Positions 1-8,483 of a stretch of DNA of 24,000 nt are shown piece by piece (position 1 is the first letter of the stretch; each line of letters starts with the position of its first letter). This stretch comes from Candidatus Desulfatibia sp. GTDB lineage: Bacteria > Desulfobacterota > Desulfobacteria > Desulfobacterales > UBA11574. The notes under the pieces are model-generated. The model did not search any database, was not told the DNA's origin, and worked only from the letters and a program-made list of their open reading frames with translations. The stretch spans positions 15,737-39,736 of the forward strand of contig NZ_JAZFTO010000255.1 in assembly GCF_036446775.1 (NCBI RefSeq), in the 5' to 3' direction. A program made the translations under genes and the position numbers.

Positions 1-634
1 GACCGGTTGTGCGGAAAACTTTTTCGCGTATCATTTCGGCAGCAATAAAGCGTTCCGGCATATCAGTGATGGTATCTTCGGGAAACAAGGGCGGACCTTT
101 GGGCAGCAAAGATTCCATGGTCTCGATGAGTTCTTCAACCTGAGCGCCCAGGATGGCTGAAACCGGCATTATGGCTTCGAAAGAATATTTCTTGGACCAT
201 TGATCCATCATGGTAAGCAGCAGCGGCTTTTTAATTAAATCTATCTTGTTGAGCACAAGCACGACAGGCTGCTTTAAGGCCTTTAATTTTTTTACTAAAA
301 AAGCTTCGGCATCCGGATCAGGGACGGCCGCGTCGACAACAACCAGGATGACATCCACATCCCCCATGGCTGTAAGGGCGGCCTCTACAATTCTGATGTT
401 AAGCGGACGTCTTGCTTGATGAACGCCCGGTGTATCCAGGAAAAGAAGCTGTGACCCCGGCCTGTGTAAAACACCGAGGATGCGGTTACGAGTAGTTTGC
501 GGCTTTTTTGAAGTAATCGAAAGTTTTTGGCCCAGCATCTGGTTTAACAGCGTTGATTTGCCCACATTGGGAGCACCGGCAATGGCGACAAATCCGGATC
601 TGAAATCAGCAAATTGATTTTTGATATGCGACAC
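1..634 (-). CDS. era: GTPase Era, N-terminal GTPase domain only (3' end lies beyond the left window edge)
   Basis: My reverse translation from 634 downwards reads SHIKNQFADFRSGFVAIAGAPNVGKSTLLNQMLGQKLSITSKKPQTTRNRILGVLHRPGSQLLFLDTPGVHQARRPLN..DVILVVVDA..PVVLVLNKIDL..FPEDTITDMPERFIAAEMIREKVFRTTG. It has G1 GAPNVGKS, G3 DTPG, G4 NKID and the Era-typical ITSxKxQTTR. GTG 634 has GAGGTG 8 nt upstream; GTG 643 is an alternative start. It is absent from the ORF track because no stop lies inside the window. Confidence 0.9.
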   Translation of the reverse strand, partial: MSHIKNQFADFRSGFVAIAGAPNVGKSTLLNQMLGQKLSITSKKPQTTRNRILGVLHRPGSQLLFLDTPGVHQARRPLNIRIVEAALTAMGDVDVILVVVDAAVPDPDAEAFLVKKLKALKQPVVLVLNKIDLIKKPLLLTMMDQWSKKYSFEAIMPVSAILGAQVEELIETMESLLPKGPPLFPEDTITDMPERFIAAEMIREKVFRTTG

Positions 635-804
635 GCGTTTCACCTCAATAATATTTATCAGACCCCAGTACCATCAAAAGGAGCTACGGGGCAGGCAGGA
701 CCAACAGGATATCAAGGATTTATTTATAAGTTTCACAGCTTCCGGCCGGTCCCCTTGAAAGCGGGGAAGAAACGGTGAAAAACGAATCCACCCAAAGGAT
801 TTTT

Positions 805-1434
805 TTATGTTGACCCATCATTATTGAAAAGTTGCGTTTCCTTTTTTGGCGCATGGTCGATTAACTGTTCAACGGCATTCCAAACAGCGTCTTTGCCCAG
901 GCGTGACTTGGTGGAAAACAGGACCAGGTCGTCGACATCAACCCCTAAGGCTTTAGCATGGGCAAGGCGCTGCTTAATCCGGTTTGTTTTGGAGAGCTTA
1001 TCCGCCTTGGTAAGTATCAGAACGCAGGGCTTGTTGTAATAATGGAGCCAATCAATAAAGTTTGCTTCCTGCATGCCGGGTGTCCGCCGAACATCCATGA
1101 TGAGCACGACACCCTTTAATGCCTGTCTGGTTGAAAGGTATGTCTCGATCATGGGCCCCCATGATTTGCGCACGGATGCCGGAACTTTGGCATATCCATA
1201 TCCCGGCAGATCTACAAAAGAGAACTCTTTGTTGATCAAAAAAAAGTTAATCAACTGGGTGCGTCCGGGAGTCCTGCTGGTCTTGACCAGACGTTTGCGA
1301 TTTAAGAGCGTATTTATCAGGGAAGATTTCCCCACATTAGAGCGCCCGGCAAACGCGATCTCCGGCAAATCAGCGGATGGATAGTGATCCGGTTTGACAG
1401 CGCTTTTAACGAATTCGGCGGACTTGATAATCAT
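805..1434 (-). CDS. engB: Ribosome-biogenesis GTP-binding protein EngB/YsxC/YihA
   Basis: The track ORF 805..1485 contains IAFAGRSNVGKSSLINTLLNRKRLVKTSRTPGRTQLINFF, FVDLPGYGYAKV and LTKADKL. The canonical EngB N-terminus MIIKSAEFVKSA starts at ATG 1434. The longer ATG 1485 start makes an ATGA overlap with the upstream stop and cannot be excluded. Neither start has a clear SD. Confidence 0.88.
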   Translation of the reverse strand: MIIKSAEFVKSAVKPDHYPSADLPEIAFAGRSNVGKSSLINTLLNRKRLVKTSRTPGRTQLINFFLINKEFSFVDLPGYGYAKVPASVRKSWGPMIETYLSTRQALKGVVLIMDVRRTPGMQEANFIDWLHYYNKPCVLILTKADKLSKTNRIKQRLAHAKALGVDVDDLVLFSTKSRLGKDAVWNAVEQLIDHAPKKETQLFNNDGST

Positions 1435-1481
1435 GGTTGATATACAAGATACATGATGTAAGGCACAGGGTGCAAGATGCA

Positions 1482-2645
1482 TCATAGATCCGGTATAGTT
1501 TTAATATACTTTTCCAGTCGATCCATCCCCTCGGAGATATTTTCCAAGGAAGTTGCATAAGAAAATCTAAGATAACCTTCAGCGTTTTTTCCAAAATCAA
1601 TGCCGGGTGCCACCCCCACATGGGCCTTTTCCAGAATTTCAAAGGCAAGTTTATATGAGTCGCTCGAAATGTGTTTTGCGTTTGCAAACACATAGAACGC
1701 CCCCGTGGGTTCAACAGTTATCCCCAAACCCATGTCTTTCAAACGGCGAATCATATATTGTCTGCGCTCGTTATATATTTGCTTCATTTGCAAAATGTCA
1801 TTTCCAGCCTCCTTGAGGGCGGTGATGCCGGCCATCTGCACCATGGCGTTGGCGGAAATAAAAAAATTTTGCTGGACCTTTTGTATAGGCCGGATAAAGT
1901 CCCTGGGTGCAATCATGTATCCAAGCCTTAAGCCTGTCATGGCATAGAGTTTAGAGAAGCCGTTAAAAACAAAAGCCTTGTCTGTAAATTCAAGGACAGA
2001 GTGTTCTTTGCCTTCATAAACCAGGCCGTGATAAATTTCATCTGAAATGATATAGGGAGAGCCTGCTTCCAAAACCAGCTCGGCAATGGCCTGCATCCGG
2101 CTTGCCGATAGGAGGTTGCCGGTTGGATTCGACGGAGAATTGATTAAGACGGCCTTGGTTTGCGGTGTTATCTTTGCTTTGATGGCCTCAGGTCGATATT
2201 GAAAGCCGTCTTCCTCATAGACCGGTACGGTAACCGGCCGGCCCTGTACGAACTTGATGAAATTGGGATAGCAGGCATAATGAGGATCTGAAATAATGAC
2301 CTGGTCATCCTTTTCCAGGAGCGCTGCAAACATGACAAACATGGCCGGTGACGTCCCGGAGGATATCACCACCCGGCCAGGATCTATGGAAACATTGTAG
2401 GTGTCAAAATAATGTTCGCAAATGGCTTCCCGCAGCTCTAGAATACCGAGGCTGTGAGTATAATGAGTATGGCCGTCATTGAGAGCCTTGCACGCGGCAT
2501 CCTTGATGCACTGGGGCGTGTCAAAATCAGGCTCCCCCACCTCCATGTGGATGATATGAGCGCCCTTGCGCTCCATTGCATGGGCTTTTTCAAGAACATC
2601 CATGACGATAAAAGGGGTCATTTCCTGCGTTCGCTTTGAAATCAT
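1482..2645 (-). CDS. Pyridoxal-phosphate-dependent aminotransferase, class I/II (AspC-like)
   Basis: 387 aa ORF with GEPDFDTP, NSPSNPTG and the PLP-lysine region FNGFSKLYAMTGLRLGY. AAGAAGGGTGGGG lies just upstream of the ATG. By eye it is not the HisC subfamily, despite the his neighbours. Confidence 0.85.
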   Translation of the reverse strand: MISKRTQEMTPFIVMDVLEKAHAMERKGAHIIHMEVGEPDFDTPQCIKDAACKALNDGHTHYTHSLGILELREAICEHYFDTYNVSIDPGRVVISSGTSPAMFVMFAALLEKDDQVIISDPHYACYPNFIKFVQGRPVTVPVYEEDGFQYRPEAIKAKITPQTKAVLINSPSNPTGNLLSASRMQAIAELVLEAGSPYIISDEIYHGLVYEGKEHSVLEFTDKAFVFNGFSKLYAMTGLRLGYMIAPRDFIRPIQKVQQNFFISANAMVQMAGITALKEAGNDILQMKQIYNERRQYMIRRLKDMGLGITVEPTGAFYVFANAKHISSDSYKLAFEILEKAHVGVAPGIDFGKNAEGYLRFSYATSLENISEGMDRLEKYIKTIPDL

Positions 2646-2718
2646 TTCCCCACCCTTCTTAACCCCGCCTTCAGCGGAATCAACGCTGCGCTACGACCCG
2701 CAACCCGCAACTTGATTT

Positions 2719-3594
2719 CTAGACTACTTTATTGAGCGGATATTCAATAATGCCTTCAGCGCCGTTTTTCAGTAGCTCAGGAATAAGATCCCTGACGACA
2801 GTTGATTCTACCACGGTTTCGATTGCAAACCAGTTTGAGTCATAAAGCGGGGCAACCGTAGGAGCATTGAGGCTCGGCAGCAATGACACTATCCGTTTCA
2901 TATGTTTTTCAGGAACATTCATTTTCAGGCCGACCAGTTTTTCAGCCAGAAGAGCGCCTTTGAGTAACAGCGCAAGCTGTTCTAATTTCTTTTTTTTGGC
3001 AGGATGCTTCCAGGCATCATGGTTGGCAATCAATTGGGTATTGGTCTGCATCAATTCATGGACAATTCTCAAACCATGGGCCCTAATAGTGCTTTCGGTT
3101 TCCGTAACTTCCACGATGGCATCTGCCAGACCGGATACCACTTTGGCTTCGGTTGCCCCCCATGAAAACTCAACAACAACATTAATATTGCGTTCAGCAA
3201 AGTACTCTTTAGTAAATTCTACCAGCTCCGTTGATATCTTTTTTCCTTCCAGATCTTCCAGCTTTTTGATGGGCGAATCGTAGGTAACCGCCAAGACCCA
3301 GCGGGCCGGTCGCGCACTTACTTTAGAATAGACAAGGTCAGCTACCACGTGCACGCTGGAGCTGTTTTCAACGATCCAGTCCTTGCCGGTGAGCCCGGCA
3401 TCCAGGGTGCCGCTCTCCACATGACAGGACATCTCCTGGGCTCTGCAGATGGCGCATTCAATCGTATCATCGTTGATTTCCGGGAAATAGCTTCGGCCGT
3501 TGACGTTAATTTTCCACCCGCTGCGTCTGAACAGAGCAATGGTTGCGTTTTGCAGGCTTCCTTTGGGAATTCCCAGCTTTAACAGCGTTGTCAT
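2719..3594 (-). CDS. hisG: ATP phosphoribosyltransferase, long form
   Basis: 291 aa. The N-terminus [23 protein letters not shown], the internal GLTGKDW and [20 protein letters not shown], and the length all fit long-form HisG with its C-terminal regulatory domain. It has a 4-bp ATGA overlap with hisI. Confidence 0.9.
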   Translation of the reverse strand: MTTLLKLGIPKGSLQNATIALFRRSGWKINVNGRSYFPEINDDTIECAICRAQEMSCHVESGTLDAGLTGKDWIVENSSSVHVVADLVYSKVSARPARWVLAVTYDSPIKKLEDLEGKKISTELVEFTKEYFAERNINVVVEFSWGATEAKVVSGLADAIVEVTETESTIRAHGLRIVHELMQTNTQLIANHDAWKHPAKKKKLEQLALLLKGALLAEKLVGLKMNVPEKHMKRIVSLLPSLNAPTVAPLYDSNWFAIETVVESTVVRDLIPELLKNGAEGIIEYPLNKVV

Positions 3595-3968
3595 TTTTTA
3601 TATACCTCCTCGGGATCAAATACCGGCTTGGCGGTGATTTTGACAGTTCCATTTTCTATCTGTTTAAAAAAACAGCTCTTATATCCGGTGTGACAGGCCG
3701 CACCACCAAGCTGCTCAACTTTAAGCAAAACAGTGTCATCATCACAGTCAACCCTGATTTCTTTGACAAGTTGCAGATTTCCCGATGTTTGGCCTTTGAC
3801 CCACAATGTCTGCCGGCTGCGGCTGTAATACGTGGCCTGACCGCTGGAAAGCGTTGCGCGCCATGCTTCTTCATTCATAAAGGCCAGCATTAATACCTCG
3901 CCGGTTTGATAATCCTGGACCACAGCAGGTACCAGGCCGCCGAGTTTTTCAAAATCAAGCTTGATCAT
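3591..3968 (-). CDS. hisI: Phosphoribosyl-AMP cyclohydrolase (monofunctional HisI)
   Basis: 125 aa with [71 protein letters not shown]. Confidence 0.9.
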   Translation of the reverse strand: MIKLDFEKLGGLVPAVVQDYQTGEVLMLAFMNEEAWRATLSSGQATYYSRSRQTLWVKGQTSGNLQLVKEIRVDCDDDTVLLKVEQLGGAACHTGYKSCFFKQIENGTVKITAKPVFDPEEVYKK

Positions 3969-3995
3969 ATAGTACGCCTTTTGTTAAATATCAGC

Positions 3996-4186
3996 CTTGA
4001 TGATCTCGTAAAAAGTCACGAATTCAACTATAGAGGGCTAAGTAAAAAGGTTCATATACCCCCGCCAAACCTCGGCGGGATAAAAAGGCGTAATATTTTT
4101 TCAGGAACGAGGCCATACATGTAGTATGCCGAGTGTCTGCAAAAATACTACAACGCAGTAGATGGGACTTTTGACGACGCCATCAG
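3996..4186 (+). repeat. MITE-like intergenic repeat, copy A (longest copy, carries a 63-bp extra internal segment at 4096-4158)
   Basis: The core attcaactatagaGggctaagtaaaaaggttcatatacccccgccaaacctcgGcgggataaaaaggcgtaa recurs almost identically, reverse-complemented, at 16577-16700. Its left 46 bp recur at 8338-8383. The ends form an imperfect terminal inverted repeat: cTTGATGatcTCGTaAAAAGTCaC versus the reverse complement of GgGACTTTTgACGAcgcCATCAg. Confidence 0.8.
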
Positions 4187-4582
4187 CCTTATGGTTTATG
4201 CAACGTTAAGGCAAATTAAAACTATATCAAATAACGAGAATTCGGAGCAAAGTCAAACTCTTTTTGCCTTGTCTGCACAAAAAATGCACTATCCGGATGC
4301 AGGATGATCACCTTGCATAAACGAACGATATTTGTTAGCATGCAAGCCTTGGAATCTTTCTCCAACATGGCTTGCCCGGCTTGTTGGGTCGTCTTGTCCC
4401 GTCGTAGCTCAAAGAGCGAAGTCGGAAGCTGAAAGCGACCGGTCGGGTCGTAGCCGGAGGCGCAGCCTGAAGCCTAAAGGATAAACAAAATCGAGAGAAA
4501 TCAGTAACGCAGCCTAAGATGGTTCATGGATATCCGCAAACCAATAACAATTAACAGATAACGCCAGATCGGGTTTTGGTTT

Positions 4583-6988
4583 ATGCCTAAACGCAAAAGT
4601 ACTGCGCAGATATTAAAAAAGCGCGCCAGAAAGCGAAAGGGGGGCTTTTTAGCGAAAATTGTGCGGTGGGCTTGCTGGTCGTTTGTCCTGCTGGTGATTT
4701 GCGCCTTGCTTGCCGGGGCCGGGACCTATTTCTACCTTAGCGAAAACCTGCCCAAAATTACCACCCTTAAGGATTATCGTCCCCCGGTTATTACAACCGT
4801 GTATTCAGACGATAACCGCAAAATCGCGGAATTTTATAAAGAGCGCCGCATAGTGGTTCCGCTGTCAAAAATGCCCACAATGCTGAAAGAGGCGTTCGTG
4901 GCAGCTGAAGATTCAAGGTTTTATACCCACAAGGGCATAGATGTTTTTAGCATTATCAGGGCGTTTTTTAAAAACATCGAGGCGGGAACAATTGTCCAAG
5001 GCGGCAGCACGATTACCCAGCAAGTAACGAAGTCTTTTTTGTTGTCACCTGAAAAAAGCTACACCCGCAAACTCAAAGAGGCCATACTGGCCTACCGCAT
5101 TGACAAATCGTTTAGCAAAGATGAAATTCTTTTTTTATATTTGAATCAAATTTATCTGGGGCATGGAGCTTATGGTGTTGAGGCGGCATCTGAAAACTAT
5201 TTCGGCAAATCCGTCCAGGAATTGAACCTGGCAGAATGCGCAGTTTTAGCGGGACTGCCCCAGGCTCCCAGCAGGTATTCCCCTTTCAGGCACCCGGAAA
5301 GAGCCAAGCAACGCCAGATTTACACTTTAAATCGGATGGTTGCCGAAGGTTATATAACCAACATTCAAGCCACGGAAGCTATTAACCAGGTGCTCGACAT
5401 CAAGCCCAGGCGCAACTGGTATATTGAAGAGGTTCCGGTCTATACCGAACATATCAGGCGCTATCTTGAGAAAAAATATGGCGCCGACATCCTTTACAAG
5501 GAAGGGCTTCAGGTTTATGCGGCCGTGAACATTGAGATGCAAAAGGCGGCTCGGCGGGAAATCACAAAAGGATTAAAAGCTCTGGATAAACGGCAGGGAT
5601 ACAGGGGCCCGTTAAACCATCTTGCGCCCGAAGATATCGAGGCGTTCTCCAAAGAATTTCAGGATGAGCATGATGAAAAACCTTTGGAGGAAGGACAGGT
5701 CGTCAAGGGGGTGGTAATAGGGGTTAATGACAACGACAAAACGGTAACAGTACGCATGGGGAATGCCTTGGGAACGATCGATATCAAGGATATGCGCTGG
5801 GCACGTAAACCGGACCCGGAGATTGCATTTTATGAAGACAGGGTTAATCGCCCTGGGGAAGTGTTACGCGTTGGGGATGTCATATTCGCAAAAATAAAGG
5901 GAAAGATTGAAGATACGGACCTGTGGAGCCTGGCCTTGGAGCAGAAGCCCAAAGTGCAGGCCGCTTTGCTGTGCCTGGAAACCGAAAGCGGCCTGGTTAA
6001 GGTAATGGTGGGCGGCCGGGACTTCAAAGAAAGTCAGTTTAACCGGGCGATCCAGTCGCGGCGGCAGCCGGGCTCCGCCTTTAAACCGGTGATATATGCA
6101 GCGGCAATTGACAAGGGATATACACCTGCCACCATGATTATCGATTCTCCGATTGTATTTCAGGATACGGAACGTGATTTTACGTGGAAACCCAAGAACT
6201 ACAAAGAAAAATTTTTCGGCCCCACCCTTTTGCGCAATGCGCTTGCCAAGTCACGCAACGTGGTAACCATAAAGATCTTAAGAGATATTGGCATTGATTA
6301 TGCCATAGATTACGCCCGCAAGCTTGGTATCACCTCAAGGTTGAGCAGAAATCTTTCTATCGCTCTGGGATCATCCGGCGTATCATTGCTTGAACTGGTC
6401 ACCGCTTATTCGGTTTTTGCCAATTCCGGCTATCGTGTGGAGCCGGTTTTTATTACAAAAATCGTTGATCGGGACGGGAATGTAATTGAGGAAGCGCCCC
6501 CTGTCAGAGAAAAAGTCATGGAGAAAAATACGGCTTATATCATGACCAGCCTGCTTGAGAGTGTGGTCAAACAGGGAACCGGTCGCAGGGTGAGGGCGCT
6601 GGGTCGGCCGGTGGCCGGCAAAACCGGTACCACTAACAACCTGTTTGACGCCTGGTTCCTCGGTTTTACACCCCGTTATGTGACCGGCACGTGGGTCGGA
6701 TTTGACGAAGAAGGCCCGCTGGGCAAGCACGAAACGGGCGCCAGAGCCGCAAGCCCCATATGGCTGGGCTTCATGAAAAATATCCTGCAAGATAAACCTG
6801 TCAGGGCGTTTCAGGTGCCGGAAGGGATTGTCTTTTCTAAAATTGATGCGGCAACTGGTCTTTTGCCCATACCTGAATCTGAAAAAACGATTTTCGAAGG
6901 CTTTAAGGAGGGCTCTGTTCCCACCGAATATACCAGGAAGCCGGGTACGGTTACTGAGCCGGAACAGTTTTTTAAATCAGATATGTGA
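4583..6988 (+). CDS. mrcA: Penicillin-binding protein 1A (bifunctional glycosyltransferase/transpeptidase)
   Basis: 801 aa with an N-terminal membrane anchor. GT51 motifs are EDSRFYTHKGID, GGSTITQQ and RKLKEA. Transpeptidase motifs are GSAFKP (SxxK), KSRN and KTGTT. Confidence 0.93.
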   Translation: MPKRKSTAQILKKRARKRKGGFLAKIVRWACWSFVLLVICALLAGAGTYFYLSENLPKITTLKDYRPPVITTVYSDDNRKIAEFYKERRIVVPLSKMPTMLKEAFVAAEDSRFYTHKGIDVFSIIRAFFKNIEAGTIVQGGSTITQQVTKSFLLSPEKSYTRKLKEAILAYRIDKSFSKDEILFLYLNQIYLGHGAYGVEAASENYFGKSVQELNLAECAVLAGLPQAPSRYSPFRHPERAKQRQIYTLNRMVAEGYITNIQATEAINQVLDIKPRRNWYIEEVPVYTEHIRRYLEKKYGADILYKEGLQVYAAVNIEMQKAARREITKGLKALDKRQGYRGPLNHLAPEDIEAFSKEFQDEHDEKPLEEGQVVKGVVIGVNDNDKTVTVRMGNALGTIDIKDMRWARKPDPEIAFYEDRVNRPGEVLRVGDVIFAKIKGKIEDTDLWSLALEQKPKVQAALLCLETESGLVKVMVGGRDFKESQFNRAIQSRRQPGSAFKPVIYAAAIDKGYTPATMIIDSPIVFQDTERDFTWKPKNYKEKFFGPTLLRNALAKSRNVVTIKILRDIGIDYAIDYARKLGITSRLSRNLSIALGSSGVSLLELVTAYSVFANSGYRVEPVFITKIVDRDGNVIEEAPPVREKVMEKNTAYIMTSLLESVVKQGTGRRVRALGRPVAGKTGTTNNLFDAWFLGFTPRYVTGTWVGFDEEGPLGKHETGARAASPIWLGFMKNILQDKPVRAFQVPEGIVFSKIDAATGLLPIPESEKTIFEGFKEGSVPTEYTRKPGTVTEPEQFFKSDM

Positions 6989-7021
6989 TCAAGCCGTCCC
7001 GTCTGAGAGATTGGGAATGAA

Positions 7022-7050
7022 GCCGGGGGGAGCAATTCCTCCGGCTTTTT
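7022..7050 (+). terminator. Rho-independent terminator of the PBP1A gene
   Basis: GCCGGGGGGA / gcaa / TTCCTCCGGC forms a 10-bp stem (two G-U pairs), followed by TTTTT, 34 nt after the stop codon. Confidence 0.8.
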
Positions 7051-7055
7051 GAATT

Positions 7056-7199
7056 TTAGAAAAGGGAACCGTAAAGAAATTTGGGAAACCAGAGCGATAT
7101 CGTCGTAATATAGGTAATAACAAGCAGGGCGGCCAGCATGATAATCATAAAGGGTGCCGCTCTTTTTTCAAAAGTCTCGAAAAAGGAGAAGATTATTAA
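7056..7199 (-). pseudogene. Probable relic of the C-terminus of a TRAP-transporter large permease (DctM family)
   Basis: The last 47 codons of track ORF 7056..7394 read LIIFSFFETFEKRAAPFMIIMLAALLVITYITTISLWFPKFLYGSLF. This resembles the conserved DctM C-terminal helix (..PF....L..L.L.T..P..SLWLP..L). Everything upstream in that frame is the alternative frame of the response-regulator gene. The comparison is from memory of the family and was not searched. Confidence 0.4.
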
Positions 7200-7212
7200 T
7201 GGATATTGGCGT

Positions 7213-7563
7213 TTAAGTTTTTGCGGAAAGATTCTGGGCAGCATCCACCAGGTCTTTGAGCGGGAAAGGTTTTGTGAAAACAACATCAAAGTCGCTAGAG
7301 TTAAGGAACCAGGGTGTTCCGGAAAAACCAATGATGGGGGTAGACGATCTTTTGGAATTGCGGATGTGTTGAACAACGCTAGGGCCATTGACACCCGGCA
7401 TTAGCATATCAGTAATAACCACATCAAAGCGGCCTTCGTCAAACTTTTGGATGCCTTTGAGCCCGTCTGCGGCAGTTTCAACCTCAAAGCCGGCTCTGGT
7501 CAATGCCATTTGAACCACGTCCAGAATCGCTTTTTCGTCATCAATTACTAATATTTGGTGCAT
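7213..7563 (-). CDS. Single-domain response regulator (CheY-like receiver only)
   Basis: 116 aa. It has the acidic pair ILVIDDEK, the phospho-acceptor context DVVITDMLMPG, and the conserved T/S (GFSGT) and K (FTKPF). There is no output domain. Confidence 0.88.
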   Translation of the reverse strand: MHQILVIDDEKAILDVVQMALTRAGFEVETAADGLKGIQKFDEGRFDVVITDMLMPGVNGPSVVQHIRNSKRSSTPIIGFSGTPWFLNSSDFDVVFTKPFPLKDLVDAAQNLSAKT

Positions 7564-8115
7564 GTCTTAACGGATTATAATTAAAATATGACGCACATTA
7601 AAATCACGGTGAGATATGCTTAAAAACTCATTATATCGCAAGTCTCAACAAGTTTTGCAAGAGAGTACAACAAAGTGGTATATCTGTATGAGCTTGACGC
7701 GGCGGCGTCAAGCCTAATGAAACCGGTTTAGCCAGGAGTTCTCGGCGTGTTATCAACAGTTTGTATGTGTTTGATTTAGCAGACTATTTTTTGGCAACGG
7801 TTGCTAACCAACTAAAACCACGATGTTTTTAAAGCGTAATTTTTTGCCAAGCATATCAAACGGTTTTAGCGGAACGGCCAGTTTTGAACAAAAAATGATT
7901 TCTCGCAAAACCTCCTTAAAGCGCTTATTTTCTTTATTTTTCAAAAAAGTTCTTCAGCAAAAACACATTTTTTGCATGTAAACTCACCCAACAGATTGGA
8001 ATTTAAATGCTATAAGTGTTATGTACAGACCTCGTCATTCACCAGATAAAAATGACCGGAGACTGTTATATACTGCGGGATTTCATAAAAATTGGACATC
8101 CGGTCGGTCTGGGTT

Positions 8116-8265
8116 AGGAGGTTCAGCGTTCAGCGTTCAGCCTGCGACGAGCTCAGCCGAGTCGGGTTAATCGCTTCGCGCTTTTTTTCTATAGCATTGA
8201 TTCCATAGGGATAATTAAACGAGAGGATCAACCTCTGAACCTCTGAACCTTTGAACATTGAACCT
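8116..8265. repeat. Composite inverted repeat built from tandem short words (GTTCAGC x3 on the left, TCTGAACC-like x4 on the right)
   Basis: The left arm is aggaGGTTCAGCGTTCAGCGTTCAGcc (8116-8142). The right arm is caaCCTCTGAACCTCTGAACCTTTGAACATTGAACC (8229-8265). GGAGGTTCAG is the reverse complement of CTGAACCTCT in 9 of 10 positions. The central spacer is about 85 bp. Confidence 0.7.
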
Positions 8266-8337
8266 TAGAATGGCAAGGCTTATACCCATTATATACCGCC
8301 TAAAATCATGCTTGATTTTTGTGGGAAACTAGCTATT

Positions 8338-8383
8338 TTAGCCATCTATAGTTTAATTCGTGACTTTTTACGAGATCATCAAG
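8338..8383 (-). repeat. MITE-like intergenic repeat, copy C (46-bp left-end fragment)
   Basis: The reverse complement cttgatgatctcgtaaaaagtcacgaattAaactatagaTggctaa matches 3996-4041 with 2 mismatches. Similarity then stops. Confidence 0.75.
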
Positions 8384-8483
8384 TTGCAGCTGTTCCGCTT
8401 CTCGAAGATCCTGCTACGGGGCGGGGCGGTGCTCGTTCGGTTAGGATGTAGCAAAATAAGGATTTCACCAAAAAAGGTATAAT

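Noticed and set aside
3906-4124. Track ORF 3906..4124 and ORF 16517..16699 share the peptide FNYRxLSKKVHIPPPNLxGIKRRN, which could suggest a small conserved protein.
   Set aside because: The similarity is at the DNA level and extends beyond both ORFs. The ORFs begin and end at unrelated points, lack an SD and sit inside a terminal-inverted-repeat element. I treat them as a non-coding repeat.
7056-7394. The full 112-aa ORF overlapping the response-regulator gene.
   Set aside because: Only the last 47 codons lie outside the regulator gene and look protein-like. The remainder is the regulator's alternative frame.
7792-7805. TGGCAACGGTTGCT, resembling a sigma54 -24/-12 promoter.
   Set aside because: GG and GC are separated by 8 nt instead of the required 10. 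The site is also about 690 bp from the nearest downstream gene.
8116-8265. Short tandem repeats considered as a possible mini-CRISPR.
   Set aside because: The units are 7-8 nt with no spacers, there are two arrays in inverted orientation, and there are no cas genes.
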